Part shown: positions 1 to 10,750 of the stretch, piece after piece | How positions within the stretch are numbered: position 1 is the stretch's first letter | Layout of the letters: every line of letters begins with the position of its first letter | Assembly: GCA_035326705.1 (NCBI GenBank) | Contig: DAOLES010000003.1 | Coordinates: forward strand, 129,921-193,920 | Source of the DNA: Oligoflexia bacterium | GTDB lineage: Bacteria > Bdellovibrionota_G > JALEGL01 | Length of the DNA stretch: 64,000 nucleotides | Direction of reading: 5' to 3' | The notes under the pieces: model-generated | The model's input: the letters and a program-made list of their open reading frames with translations, nothing else | Told to the model about the DNA's origin: nothing | Databases searched by the model: none | Made by a program: the position numbers and the translations under genes

Positions 1-135
1 AGTAAGTATCCTGCCCCTTTAAAAACGCTTTATTTACTGTGATTTACTATTAAAAACAGTTTATTCAATTGATGTTGCTGCTCTGGTAAAAAATAATTCT
101 TTAATTTTTCTAGCCAAGCGGTTATACACGGTTTC

Positions 136-1722
136 ATGCAAAAAACTTCAAAAAAACGTGCTTTAATTAGTGTTACCGATAAATCTAATCTTGATAAACT
201 TTGTGCTGTACTTAAAAAGTTCGATTACGAAATTTACTCCTCAGGTGGTACCCGTAAACATATAGAAAGTCTAGGGTTTGAAGCCATTGAAGTCAGCCAA
301 TACACCGATTTCCCAGAAATCATGTCAGGTAGAGTCAAAACTTTACATCCAAAAATTCATGGTGGACTTTTGGCCCTGCGTGAAGACCAAACGCATATGT
401 CACAGGCCAATCAACACGGTATTTTAATGTTTGATTTGCTGATTGTTAATTTGTATGCTTTTGAACAGCATGCCAGAAATCCTGATTTAAATCCCAATCA
501 AGTTATTGAACATATTGATATTGGTGGCCCCAGTATGTTGCGATCAGCTGCCAAAAATTTCAAACATGTCTGCGTTTTACCGGATGTAAGCTATTATGAT
601 CAATTTATTGCCCACCTACAAGACAACAATGGCCAAACAACCCTCGAGTTTAGACAAATAATGTCGGGACAAACGTTTGCACTAACTCAACGCTATGATC
701 AAGCCATCAGTAATTATTTTCAATCTATCCTCCCTTCTTCACCCAATGAAAATAATACTGATAAACCAAGTCTGTATCTCAACTTACAATCTAAATATGA
801 TTTACGTTACGGTGAAAATCCCCATCAATCCGCTGGTTTTTACACCAATAATAGCGTTAAAAACTCCATCTTAGAACAAGATATTCCTGGAAAACAATTA
901 TCATACAATAATATTTTAGACTTACATGCTGCTTTAAAACTTATTGCTGACTTTCAAGGCCAAACTGCTTGTGCAATTTTTAAACATAATAACCCATGCG
1001 GTTTAGGTATCTCAAATAGTAACAGCGTATTAGAAGCCTATGAAAAAGCTCTATCCGGTGACCCTGTATCTGCCTTTGGCGGTATTGTTGTGTTTTCAAA
1101 AACCTTGGATAAGGCAACTACAGAACTTATGTTAAAAACGTTTACTGAATTGGTGGTTGCCCCAGATTTTAGTCCTCAAGCAGAGGATTTACTTAAAAAC
1201 AAAAAAAATCTACGCTATCTGCGTTATAGCTCGGAGCACTTAAATGCTCTTTTACAACAAAGTAATATCCGTTCTGCTTTGGATGGTTTTCTTATTCAAG
1301 ATCAAGACCTAAAAAGCTTTGAAGCAAAAACAAATCAGTGTGTGAGCCATAATAAACCTACAGAAGAACAACTCAAAGCACTTGAGCTGGCTTGGAAAGC
1401 TGTGAAACATATAAAATCCAATGCCATTGTAATTTGCAATGAAAGCCAGATTTTAGGAGTTGGAGCTGGCCAAACCAGCAGAGTGGACTCTTGTCATATC
1501 GCAATGAACAATGCAAAACAATGCAAGGCCAATAAAGATGTCTTGGTTGCTGCCTCTGACGCATTTTTCCCTTTTAAAGACGGTGTTGAAACTTTAGCTA
1601 AAATGGGTATTCAAAGCATTATTCAACCTGGTGGATCAATTCGTGACCAAGAAGTTATTGATACAGTCAACGAACTCAATATGTCGATGTTATTAACAGG
1701 AACACGTCATTTTTATCACTAG
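136..1722 (+). CDS. purH: Bifunctional AICAR transformylase / IMP cyclohydrolase
   Basis: 528-aa ORF. The N-terminal MGS-like domain (RALISVTDK...GGT) and C-terminal AICARFT domain are typical of PurH. Length is consistent. Confidence 0.9.
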   Translation: MQKTSKKRALISVTDKSNLDKLCAVLKKFDYEIYSSGGTRKHIESLGFEAIEVSQYTDFPEIMSGRVKTLHPKIHGGLLALREDQTHMSQANQHGILMFDLLIVNLYAFEQHARNPDLNPNQVIEHIDIGGPSMLRSAAKNFKHVCVLPDVSYYDQFIAHLQDNNGQTTLEFRQIMSGQTFALTQRYDQAISNYFQSILPSSPNENNTDKPSLYLNLQSKYDLRYGENPHQSAGFYTNNSVKNSILEQDIPGKQLSYNNILDLHAALKLIADFQGQTACAIFKHNNPCGLGISNSNSVLEAYEKALSGDPVSAFGGIVVFSKTLDKATTELMLKTFTELVVAPDFSPQAEDLLKNKKNLRYLRYSSEHLNALLQQSNIRSALDGFLIQDQDLKSFEAKTNQCVSHNKPTEEQLKALELAWKAVKHIKSNAIVICNESQILGVGAGQTSRVDSCHIAMNNAKQCKANKDVLVAASDAFFPFKDGVETLAKMGIQSIIQPGGSIRDQEVIDTVNELNMSMLLTGTRHFYH

Positions 1723-1809
1723 ACAATAATTAACCGTATTCAATTATGCACTAACAAATATGTCATAACATTGACCTATTCTCTACTCTAAGTAAAATGT
1801 TGTACATAA

Positions 1810-3756
1810 ATGCTTAAAAACAAACTACGTATTATTCATATAAAAAATATTTTTAGCTTTAAAGCATATTTACGTACTATTATTTTTATAGCTTTTGCAT
1901 TTTTTGTTTTATTGACTTATTTACAAGTTTATCAATCTATTCAGCGTTATCGTTATCAAGATTTAATTAACTACTGCCAAAATCAATATTTTTCAAAAAA
2001 ACTGACCCCCTCTGACCAACAGATAGCTCAAGCTCAAGAGATTGTTCAGCATGTTCGCTATGAATATATGGCTGAAGCCAGCCAAATATTTGAGCGTGCC
2101 GTTGCATACCGCTCTGACAGTATTAGCTTTATTGAGCCTCTCATCAGAACTTATATTTTTAGAACTCCACTAGAAAATAATCATAGCTTTGATAAAAATT
2201 TAGAAACTCTTGCAAATGGTTTTATTGCAAAACATAAAAAAAATAATTATGGCCATGCTATTCTTAGTAGCCTAGCTTTAAAAAAGAATAAACTTCCTCA
2301 AGCAAGCAATCACTTGTCCAATATTTCCTCCAACCATGCGTTGTCAGCAATTTTAGATTTTAAAATTAATTTTTATTACCAAAACTCTACACAGCAGACT
2401 TTAAAAGATAAACTTGCACAATTAAAAAAACATCCGCAACTGATTCATTTTTATGAGCTAATGCAATATGAGTATTATATTAAAACTGGCAATTATTTTG
2501 CTGCAAAGCCTATTTTAAATAAACGTTTACTTCAATTTCCCAAAGATTATTGGGCACAGATCCAAGTTAGCCAGATTCTAGAGAAAGGACAGAACTTAGA
2601 AATATTTAAAAATGAATTAGCGAGTAACAATTTAAACTCACAATACGCTTCAGTTCAACTCTCTTATGCTAAATTGCTTTGCACTTTCCAACAACTATCA
2701 AAGTGCATGACTATCTACCAACAACTGGCTAATAAAAACTATCAAATCAATACCCCTATGCTTATGGCCAATGCCCAGTTTCAGTTGGTTTTTTATTTTC
2801 TCAAACAAAATCAATCTAATTTGGCTAATACACTCATTAAAAAAATGTACACTTCATCCTTGCATGATATTGATAAAATCAACTTATACTCTGCTCTGAG
2901 CTATGATATTTCAGGAAGAGCTTTACCTGCAAAACTTATCATTTCACTCCAAGAACAAAAACTTCCACCTTTAGAAAAAGCGATTGCACAATTTATTTTA
3001 GCAAAACATTATTATTCTAAAAATATGATTGATGCTTTTGAAAAAACCATCAACACAATAATAGAGCAAAACCCACAATTTATTAGTGCTCAAGTTTTTT
3101 ATATAGCCTACTTAATTGAAAAAAAAGAAAACAAAAGAGCGGTAGATTTTGCTAATAAATTTATCTACAGCCAACCCATAAGCCCTTATCATATCTATCC
3201 GCTTAATATTCCCTATGACTCCTTATTTTTATACCCAACTTTAAAAAAATTGGAACAACAAATAAACAACTCAACACTATCAAGGTCTGGTATCATCTCA
3301 TCTTATATTGGCCTAGTTCACCTCATCAACTATATAAAGCATAATAGCAGCTCTTCACTTAATACCTCTGAATATTACTTAAAAAAAGCTGCAAATATTA
3401 TTAATACTCATGAAAAAACTTATTTATTTCTTGGAATTCTTTTTCATTATAAAAATAATATTCAAACATCAAACCAATACTTAAATAAAAGTTATGCTTT
3501 ACAAGAAAATGACAGTAATACATTGTTCTGGTTTGCAAAAAATAATTTAACCCGGAAGCAAAATGATTTAGCTGCTAAAACTTTAAACCAGCTTAAACAT
3601 GATAAAACATGGCAATGGCCCGCAAGTAATTTATTAGCTCTTATTTTACTTGAAAAAAAACAACATAGCCAAGCAATATCCACATTAGGAGGATTACTGC
3701 AATTAGACCCTAATCATTTTAGTGCTTGGCATACGCTAAATATAATAGAGTTTTAA
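1810..3756 (+). CDS. Hypothetical N-terminally membrane-anchored helical-repeat (TPR-like) protein
   Basis: 648-aa uninterrupted ORF in an AT-rich genome. It has one N-terminal hydrophobic segment (IIFIAFAFFVLLTYL), and the rest is a repetitive, helix-rich, Tyr/Leu/Asn-rich sequence. I recognise no catalytic motif. Confidence 0.55.
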   Translation: MLKNKLRIIHIKNIFSFKAYLRTIIFIAFAFFVLLTYLQVYQSIQRYRYQDLINYCQNQYFSKKLTPSDQQIAQAQEIVQHVRYEYMAEASQIFERAVAYRSDSISFIEPLIRTYIFRTPLENNHSFDKNLETLANGFIAKHKKNNYGHAILSSLALKKNKLPQASNHLSNISSNHALSAILDFKINFYYQNSTQQTLKDKLAQLKKHPQLIHFYELMQYEYYIKTGNYFAAKPILNKRLLQFPKDYWAQIQVSQILEKGQNLEIFKNELASNNLNSQYASVQLSYAKLLCTFQQLSKCMTIYQQLANKNYQINTPMLMANAQFQLVFYFLKQNQSNLANTLIKKMYTSSLHDIDKINLYSALSYDISGRALPAKLIISLQEQKLPPLEKAIAQFILAKHYYSKNMIDAFEKTINTIIEQNPQFISAQVFYIAYLIEKKENKRAVDFANKFIYSQPISPYHIYPLNIPYDSLFLYPTLKKLEQQINNSTLSRSGIISSYIGLVHLINYIKHNSSSSLNTSEYYLKKAANIINTHEKTYLFLGILFHYKNNIQTSNQYLNKSYALQENDSNTLFWFAKNNLTRKQNDLAAKTLNQLKHDKTWQWPASNLLALILLEKKQHSQAISTLGGLLQLDPNHFSAWHTLNIIEF

Positions 3757-3827
3757 TATAACCAGTTTTATAATTGCATTATCATTTTGTTTTGACTTCA
3801 TACCTGCTTTCACCTAAAACGAATCAC

Positions 3828-5120
3828 ATGAAAGTTTTGGTTATTGGAAAAGGTGGAAGAGAACATGCTATATGTTGGGCAGTCAATGATGACCCAAAAG
3901 TTAATACTTTTTATGCTTATCCTGGAAGCTATGGCATTTTCAAATTAGATAAATCTCAAAAGGTGGATATTAAAAGTTCAGCATCATATGAAGATCTCGC
4001 ATTATGGGCAAAAAAAAACAGTATAGACTTAACCATTGTAGGTCCTGAAGAACCTTTAAATAAAGGTATCGTTAATACATTCAAGCAACATAATTTAAAA
4101 ATTTTTGGCCCTAGCAAAGAAGCTGCCCAACTTGAGTCATCCAAATATTTTGCAAAAGAAATAATGCAAAAAGCTAATATTCCTACTGGAGGCTTTCAAA
4201 TAACAAAAAACTACCAAGAAGCTCAAAAACTTATTCAAAATAACCAGACTTATCCAAAAGTATTAAAATACGATGGTTTAGCTGCTGGAAAAGGGGTAGT
4301 AATTTGCCAATCAAAACAAGAAGCAATAGATTTTTGCGATAAAGTCTTCAATCAACATATTTTTGGTGAAACTCCATGCCCTATTATTTTTGAAGAATTT
4401 CTTGATGGTCCAGAGCTATCTTTTTTTTCACTTTGTCATGAAAAAAATTTTTATTTTTTTGGGGATGCGCAAGACCATAAAAGATTGCTTAACAATGATC
4501 AAGGCCCAAATACAGGTGGGATGGGAGCATACACACCAACACTTCTTATGAATGAGGAGTTGAAAAACACAATAGAACAAACCATTATCAAGCCCTTACT
4601 TACACAGTTGTATCAAGAAAACATTCCATATACTGGCTTCTTATATGTTGGTTTAATTCTAACCCAACATGGCCCTAAAGTTGTTGAATTCAATGTTCGT
4701 CTAGGCGATCCAGAAGCTCAATGTCTTCTTCACCGTCTTAAAACACCGTTTGCTCAGTTGTGTAATTCAGTATTAAGCAATCAACCAGTATCAATAACAT
4801 GGAATGAGAAGAAGTCATTTGTTTTAACCCTAGCTTCAAAAAATTACCCTTATCAATCTTCAAACCCAGAAATAATTTCAATAATAAATCCTATATTAGA
4901 AAGCTGTAGGATTTATCACAGCGGTACAGAATTAAATGATTCAACATTAATGGCTACAGGTGGAAGAGTTTTATCTATAGCAAGTTTGGGTAAAAGCTAT
5001 CAACAAGCAGCTCAAAATGCTTATAAATGTGTAAAAGAACATATAAACTTTAATGGCATGCAATTCAGAACAGATATTGGTAAACAGGCCATTGAAAAAG
5101 AATTTAGCACAGAACAATAG
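3828..5120 (+). CDS. purD: Phosphoribosylamine--glycine ligase
   Basis: The ORF runs 3774..5120. The canonical PurD N-terminus MKVLVIGKGGREHAI begins at an internal Met (3828). The ATP-grasp motifs and the C-terminal domain are present. Confidence 0.85.
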   Translation: MKVLVIGKGGREHAICWAVNDDPKVNTFYAYPGSYGIFKLDKSQKVDIKSSASYEDLALWAKKNSIDLTIVGPEEPLNKGIVNTFKQHNLKIFGPSKEAAQLESSKYFAKEIMQKANIPTGGFQITKNYQEAQKLIQNNQTYPKVLKYDGLAAGKGVVICQSKQEAIDFCDKVFNQHIFGETPCPIIFEEFLDGPELSFFSLCHEKNFYFFGDAQDHKRLLNNDQGPNTGGMGAYTPTLLMNEELKNTIEQTIIKPLLTQLYQENIPYTGFLYVGLILTQHGPKVVEFNVRLGDPEAQCLLHRLKTPFAQLCNSVLSNQPVSITWNEKKSFVLTLASKNYPYQSSNPEIISIINPILESCRIYHSGTELNDSTLMATGGRVLSIASLGKSYQQAAQNAYKCVKEHINFNGMQFRTDIGKQAIEKEFSTEQ

Positions 5121-5132
5121 TTGATTGCTAAA

Positions 5133-5891
5133 TCAATATATCAAAAGCTTTTCAATTAAAAACTGAGTAATTAAATCAACGTAACTTTTACAGCCAGAGT
5201 CATTGAAACAATCAATCTTATAAGTTTCACATACATCTTTTGTAGACTGACCAAAAGCAATATAATTGATTTTTTTTTCATAACTGCTTAAAATTTTATC
5301 TTGATATGCATGGACAGCTGAGGGTGATGCAAAAAAGATAACTTTGTTATTATCATTATTCTCATTTAAATAATTTAATAACTCTATTGATGATAAATCA
5401 TCAATATCTGTCTCATAAACCACTTTACAATGTCCTGTAAATTTTCCGGATTTTAAAAAGCGGCTTATTTTTTCCTCTGCTTTATTTGAATGCAAATAAA
5501 GAATTGAGTCTTTATCTGTTGCAATTTTTGACAAAACGTCAATAACACCATTTTGACCTTGCAGTTGTTTAGAAAAAAATACTTCAGCATTAATTTCTTT
5601 TTTCAAAAAACTAGCAACTTTTTCACCAGAAACAATGATTTTTTTTTGTGACACAATGTCAATAAGATCCTTATATTGCTTTATGATCTCTATTGTTTTT
5701 TTACTTGTTATACAAACAATTGAACTGGAACTAGCTGCATCATAATATTTTTTTAAGTTTTTATTATTAATGACTTTAGAAAACTTAAGAAGATTAAATT
5801 GTTTTATTTCAACATCAGGGTATGATTTTAAAATTTTATCAATAGACTGTTCATCTACAGCACCAGTAAAAATAATCTCAATTTTATTCAT
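5133..5891 (-). CDS. hemD: Putative uroporphyrinogen-III synthase
   Basis: 252-aa ORF immediately downstream of hemC, with an 8-nt overlap, in the hemA-hemC-hemD operon order. Size and position fit HemD. Sequence similarity is weak because the family is poorly conserved. Confidence 0.5.
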   Translation of the reverse strand: MNKIEIIFTGAVDEQSIDKILKSYPDVEIKQFNLLKFSKVINNKNLKKYYDAASSSSIVCITSKKTIEIIKQYKDLIDIVSQKKIIVSGEKVASFLKKEINAEVFFSKQLQGQNGVIDVLSKIATDKDSILYLHSNKAEEKISRFLKSGKFTGHCKVVYETDIDDLSSIELLNYLNENNDNNKVIFFASPSAVHAYQDKILSSYEKKINYIAFGQSTKDVCETYKIDCFNDSGCKSYVDLITQFLIEKLLIY

Positions 5892-6822
5892 AAGATATTT
5901 TGAAGTTTTTCATTGAATTACAAATTGATTGCGCATTATTTTTTTCCATCATGGTTCTAAATCTATCTTCTAAAATATCTAAACTTTCACCATGATGATA
6001 CATAGAAAACCTAACTTCAGTATTATCAACCGCATTGCCTAAATAAACATTGAAGCACAATTTTTCATTAACTGATTGTATTTCAAGACCAAAGGGCAGA
6101 GAACAACCTCCTTCATAGCTAGATATGATCTTTTTTAAACATAAGATAACATCAAAGTAATCTATTATTTTATTTTTATTTAGATACTCAAAAATGTTTT
6201 TTTCATCTCTGGTAACTACTGCAATCAAACCTTGTCCCAGTGGAGGTGTAAAAATTTTTTTATCTAGATCAGAAGCAATCATGTTTTTTTTATTAAGCCT
6301 AATCAAACCAGCTTTTGCCAAAAGAATTGCATCATAATCACCCTTTTGCATCTTCATAATTCTAGTATCAACATTACCTCTTATTGGTTTAATAACAAGA
6401 TGTGGATAATGTTTTTTTAAAATACTAAATCTACGCACACTTGATGTTCCAATCACAGCCCCAGCAGGAAGATCATTTATTTTTTTATACTTATTTGAAA
6501 CAAAACAATCATGGGCATCAACTTGATTACATAACATTTGTAATTTTAATCCCTTAGGGATTTCTCCAGTTAAATCTTTAAAGCTATGAATTGCTATATC
6601 ACATTCATGATTTAAAAGTGCTTCATCAAGCTCTTTACTAAAAATCGCTTGTCTACCAAACTCTGAAAATGTCTTATTCTGCTCTATATCACCTGAGGTT
6701 ATAATTTTTTTAAGAACATAATTAAAACCTTGATTAAAAATAATTTCACAAGTTTGTTTAGTTTGAGTCATAGCTAAAAGACTAGCCCTTGTTCCAACAA
6801 TTATATTTTTTTCTTTAGTCAT
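5884..6822 (-). CDS. hemC: Porphobilinogen deaminase (hydroxymethylbilane synthase)
   Basis: 312 aa. The N-terminal IIVGTRASLLAMTQT and the C-terminal cofactor-binding region (GGCSLP) match HemC. Confidence 0.9.
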   Translation of the reverse strand: MTKEKNIIVGTRASLLAMTQTKQTCEIIFNQGFNYVLKKIITSGDIEQNKTFSEFGRQAIFSKELDEALLNHECDIAIHSFKDLTGEIPKGLKLQMLCNQVDAHDCFVSNKYKKINDLPAGAVIGTSSVRRFSILKKHYPHLVIKPIRGNVDTRIMKMQKGDYDAILLAKAGLIRLNKKNMIASDLDKKIFTPPLGQGLIAVVTRDEKNIFEYLNKNKIIDYFDVILCLKKIISSYEGGCSLPFGLEIQSVNEKLCFNVYLGNAVDNTEVRFSMYHHGESLDILEDRFRTMMEKNNAQSICNSMKNFKISYE

Positions 6823-8080
6823 TATTAATATTAAATATTTTCCTTAGTTCTAATATCTTTTCTTTACTGGGTTTTGATTTAACATATTTGATAGGGTTGG
6901 CTAATACTTTTTTTTGTACTGCTTCAAATGTTTTTTCAATTTTTTCTAAATCTTCCATTTCAATAGATTTCAATGATTTCAGCATTTTTTTGATTTCATA
7001 AGAAAAAATATCTTCATATTTTTTTCTTAACTCAACAATACTTTCTTTATTGGCTTCTTGCTCTTGCATATCAATAAATTTATTAACTTCTTCACTTATA
7101 ATCAAATCTGCTTTTAATGCCTCATCGTATCTTATTTTTTTATTGTTGACCGATATTTTTTCAAGATCATCAACATTATAAAGATATACTTCACCAAAAT
7201 CTTCAACATTTGGGTTAACATTTCTCGGCACAGAAATATCAATGATAAAAACAGGTTTGTTTTTTCTCTTTGTCATCACTTCTTTCATATCATTATATTC
7301 AACAATAAAGCTATCTGCGGCAGTTGAAGCTATAATAATATCAAATTTGTGCATCATTTTTTTATATTGATCAAATGCAATTGTAGATGCGTCATATTGA
7401 GATGATAAAGAAATTGCTTTTTCCAATGACCTATTTGCAATACTAATGTTTTTAATCTCTTTTACTTGTAAATGCTTCAAACAAAGTTCAGCCATTTCAC
7501 CTGCTCCTAAAAGCAAAACTTTGCATTGCTTTAAGTCTTCAAAAACTTTTTTTATCAGTTCAACAGCAACATAACTAATGGATACGGCATGTTTCCCAAT
7601 ATTCGTATCTGATTTTATTTTTTTTGATACTGACAATGCTTTATGAATAAACTTATGCATCTGACCAGAAACCAAGTTATGTTCATGTGCTTGTTGATAT
7701 GATTTTTTTAACTGGGCTGTAATTTGAGGTTCGCCAATGACCAGTGAATCTAAACTACTTGCAACTTTAAATACATGTTTAATAACTTCTTCTTCTTTTT
7801 TAAAGTAAAATACTTTATCACTCTCAATTTTATTTTTATCAACATTAAAAAATTTAATTAACTCCTCAAGAATGCTTTCTTTACTCTCTTCTTTCTCATA
7901 GCAAATCTCAACTCTATTGCATGTACTTAAAGAAAATGCTCCTTTAATATTTTTTTGCTTAATTTGCTGTTCAATAAACTGTTTTAATTTTTCTTCTGAA
8001 GAAAAAGCTTCCCTAAAAGCAAGATCTGCTGTTTTAAAACTCAAACCCACTAAACGTAATTTTTTATAAAATAAACTCAT
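6815..8080 (-). CDS. hemA: Glutamyl-tRNA reductase
   Basis: 421 aa. The catalytic region (LSTCNRVEIY), the NADPH-binding motif (LLLGAGEMAEL) and the dimerisation tail are present. The gene overlaps hemC. Confidence 0.9.
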   Translation of the reverse strand: MSLFYKKLRLVGLSFKTADLAFREAFSSEEKLKQFIEQQIKQKNIKGAFSLSTCNRVEICYEKEESKESILEELIKFFNVDKNKIESDKVFYFKKEEEVIKHVFKVASSLDSLVIGEPQITAQLKKSYQQAHEHNLVSGQMHKFIHKALSVSKKIKSDTNIGKHAVSISYVAVELIKKVFEDLKQCKVLLLGAGEMAELCLKHLQVKEIKNISIANRSLEKAISLSSQYDASTIAFDQYKKMMHKFDIIIASTAADSFIVEYNDMKEVMTKRKNKPVFIIDISVPRNVNPNVEDFGEVYLYNVDDLEKISVNNKKIRYDEALKADLIISEEVNKFIDMQEQEANKESIVELRKKYEDIFSYEIKKMLKSLKSIEMEDLEKIEKTFEAVQKKVLANPIKYVKSKPSKEKILELRKIFNINND

Positions 8081-8880
8081 TTGACAAAAGATAATAATAA
8101 AAGCCCAACCAAAACCACTTCACAAACAAAAAGTCCCTGTACAAATACTTTTCCTCTCCATCCTTTTTTGAGTCTACCCCAAACTAAAACAGCAAACATC
8201 ATCCACATTATAGAAGAAGCGATAAATTTTGGATTACTTAGCCACGCATCGTCCCAAAGGCTGTGGGCTAAAACTATTCCAGTCATTAAGCTTATATTAA
8301 TCACTGCAAAAACTACAAATAATAGTTTTGACATCATTCCATCTATTTTTGACAAGGATAACGTTATTAAATCTAACTGATTTAAATCTCCATGACGTTT
8401 TATTAAATTTTGATTGCGTATATAGTTCATACCCAAAAGCAATGACACACTTAAAAATATTATTCCCGTGCAATTGGAAGACATATGGATTAACCAAATT
8501 ATTTCTTGAATATAGCCCTCATGTAAAAGTCTTTCTTGCTTGGCACCTAACATAGTTATCATTGCCAGAATAGAAAGAAAAAAACTTAGTCCAAAACAAA
8601 GCTTTCCAATCAAAAACCGCAGCCTTAATGATAAAAAGATAAAAAGTACTGAAAACAAACCTGCACATAAAAAAATATATTCATGGGCAAATTTAAAAAC
8701 TTTATACCCAAACAGTATGCTTAAGAAAGCATAACTATAAAAACCAATGATTTGTATAATAACCAAGCTTTTTATGTCTATTTTCTTGCCTTGTTTATTA
8801 ATTGTTTTAAATAAGTAAAAGCCACATAAAACAATAGAACTTATAATTGCTGACAACAATATGATTTGATGATTGTTCAT
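8077..8880 (-). CDS. Cytochrome c assembly protein family (CcsA/HemX-like) membrane protein
   Basis: 267-aa polytopic membrane protein with a Trp-rich segment (HSLWDDAWLSNPKF). It overlaps the hemA start by 4 nt, an arrangement reminiscent of hemX next to hemA in other bacteria. Confidence 0.5.
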   Translation of the reverse strand: MNNHQIILLSAIISSIVLCGFYLFKTINKQGKKIDIKSLVIIQIIGFYSYAFLSILFGYKVFKFAHEYIFLCAGLFSVLFIFLSLRLRFLIGKLCFGLSFFLSILAMITMLGAKQERLLHEGYIQEIIWLIHMSSNCTGIIFLSVSLLLGMNYIRNQNLIKRHGDLNQLDLITLSLSKIDGMMSKLLFVVFAVINISLMTGIVLAHSLWDDAWLSNPKFIASSIMWMMFAVLVWGRLKKGWRGKVFVQGLFVCEVVLVGLLLLSFVK

Positions 8881-10259
8881 TATACTCTTTTATTCACTAA
8901 ACTTAGTTCTACCTTTGCATTCATAAAGTATGGATCTCTATTCACAACTTGCTCAAAATAGATTTTTGCTTGTTTATAATTTCCCAAGCTTTTTTCAACA
9001 CTTCCTAAATAAAACAAAGCCTCCAGCATAGGCATATCTTTTAAAATCTCTTTTTTCAAATTTTCTCTAGCTTGCTCTATCATAGATCTTGAATAATTTT
9101 CTTCCCCCAACTTATATTGACTCCAAGCAGCATATACACGGTATTTTTCATTGGGCAAAATACTGTCACTTTCTTTAAACATTTCGTGTGCCTTGTTAAA
9201 ATTCTTACTCTTCATATAAGCTAACCCTTCTAAAAACAGTGTTTCTGCTTGCACTTGTTTTTGTGCTTCCTCAGAGTTTTTGTTGGTTTTTCTTATGTTT
9301 GACAGTTCTTTAATATACTCTTTTCTTAGCTCAGAAGTACTAATTTTTTTATAGGCCAATGTAATTTTTGAGAATATATTTTCTATATTTTTCTTTTCAT
9401 TTTCTGGTAAATGGCCATTTTTATCCGGATGATAAACAGCAACCATTTCCATATATTTTTTCTTGATTAGTGCCCCATTGGCAGTTTCATCTAAACCCAA
9501 AACCTCAAATGCATTTTTGCCCAATAACTCCTTTTCATTAAATATAATGTCTTGTTGTTGATGTTTTTCTGTGATGATTCCAAGTTCAATAATATTTTGT
9601 TCTTTTAAAAACAATAGGTCTTTTATAAGTTCCGAATTTGGTTTTTCAGCAATATAAGTATTGTTTACATCATCATAGGTCACTTGTTGCTGCCTTAGAT
9701 TCTTTAGATATAAATCAAAAACATTTTGATTTTTTACATTAATGTTAATGCGTTTGCACTGTTCAAGAGCATATGTTGGTTTAAAGTCCTGTTTAAGTGC
9801 TTCAAAAACAGTATAAAAAGGACTAATGTGTATGGCATGCTCAGGGATGGATTTTATTTGTGGCATTTTAAGCAATATAGTTTGTTTAGAATGGTAATGT
9901 TCAACAAAAATTTTAGAGCAATCATTATTCAACAATGTTTGGTAAGAAGCTTTTTCAATAAACTTTTTATTATATAAATAAGCCCACTGATCAAACGGGG
10001 CTAATTTTTCCAATGAACTTTTGATTGATAGAAGTATCTTTGGGTCTATGTTTTTTATAATTTGATCTAAAAGATGTTCTCTTGGCACATTGCTTTTATG
10101 AGCAACAATTTTCCCTTGTCTTAAAACCAATACAGATTTTTTTTCATCTGAAACCAGAACAATATTACTACTTACAACTCGTTTTTCAATAAATGCAAAA
10201 AACTCTAAAAAATCATTTTTTTTTAAAACTTTTGCATTATGACCTGTTTTATTGCCCAT
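8880..10259 (-). CDS. DnaJ (J-domain) protein with C-terminal TPR repeats
   Basis: 459 aa. A J-domain with an HPD motif (KKKYMEMVAVYHPDKNG) lies in the middle, followed by TPR-like repeats. Confidence 0.6.
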   Translation of the reverse strand: MGNKTGHNAKVLKKNDFLEFFAFIEKRVVSSNIVLVSDEKKSVLVLRQGKIVAHKSNVPREHLLDQIIKNIDPKILLSIKSSLEKLAPFDQWAYLYNKKFIEKASYQTLLNNDCSKIFVEHYHSKQTILLKMPQIKSIPEHAIHISPFYTVFEALKQDFKPTYALEQCKRININVKNQNVFDLYLKNLRQQQVTYDDVNNTYIAEKPNSELIKDLLFLKEQNIIELGIITEKHQQQDIIFNEKELLGKNAFEVLGLDETANGALIKKKYMEMVAVYHPDKNGHLPENEKKNIENIFSKITLAYKKISTSELRKEYIKELSNIRKTNKNSEEAQKQVQAETLFLEGLAYMKSKNFNKAHEMFKESDSILPNEKYRVYAAWSQYKLGEENYSRSMIEQARENLKKEILKDMPMLEALFYLGSVEKSLGNYKQAKIYFEQVVNRDPYFMNAKVELSLVNKRV

Positions 10260-10338
10260 TTATCTTCCAGTATAATATATTTTTAGCCAATCTTTAAGCC
10301 AAGTTGACACTCTGATCATTTTAATTTATTCCATACGG

Positions 10339-10674
10339 ATGGCACACGCAGATATCATTAACATCACAGATGAAAGTTTTGAAAAGGCCGTTCTTAAGGC
10401 TACTACCCCAACCTTAGTAGATTTTTGGGCAGAATGGTGTGGCCCATGCTTAGCAATAGCACCTATATTGGATGAATTGGCAGAAGAATACAAGGGTAAA
10501 GTTCGTATTTGTAAGCTTAATACCAGCGATAACCAGTCTGTGCCTGTACAGTATGGCATACGCAGCATTCCAACCATGATTTTGTTCAAAAATGGTGAAA
10601 TTGTAGAACAAGTTGTTGGTGCATTGAACGTCAAAGAAAAGCTTTCTGCTGCTTTTGATAAAGCTTTAACTTAA
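10339..10674 (+). CDS. trxA: Thioredoxin
   Basis: 111 aa with the WCGPC active site and a thioredoxin fold sequence. Confidence 0.9.
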   Translation: MAHADIINITDESFEKAVLKATTPTLVDFWAEWCGPCLAIAPILDELAEEYKGKVRICKLNTSDNQSVPVQYGIRSIPTMILFKNGEIVEQVVGALNVKEKLSAAFDKALT

Positions 10675-10696
10675 TCTTTCTTTTGTAAAGTAAAAA

Positions 10697-10727
10697 AGCT
10701 CTATTTTGTTAATAGGGCTTTTTTATT
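10697..10727 (+). terminator. Rho-independent terminator after trxA (hairpin plus T-run)
   Basis: A gctctatt...aatagggc stem is followed by ttttttattt. It sits between the convergent trxA and rodA. Confidence 0.5.
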
Positions 10728-10750
10728 TAGACATTATCATTTTAAACTTG

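Noticed and set aside
1-135. Purine riboswitch upstream of purH
   Set aside because: No three-way-junction consensus is present. There are none of the conserved U/C-rich loop-loop motifs.
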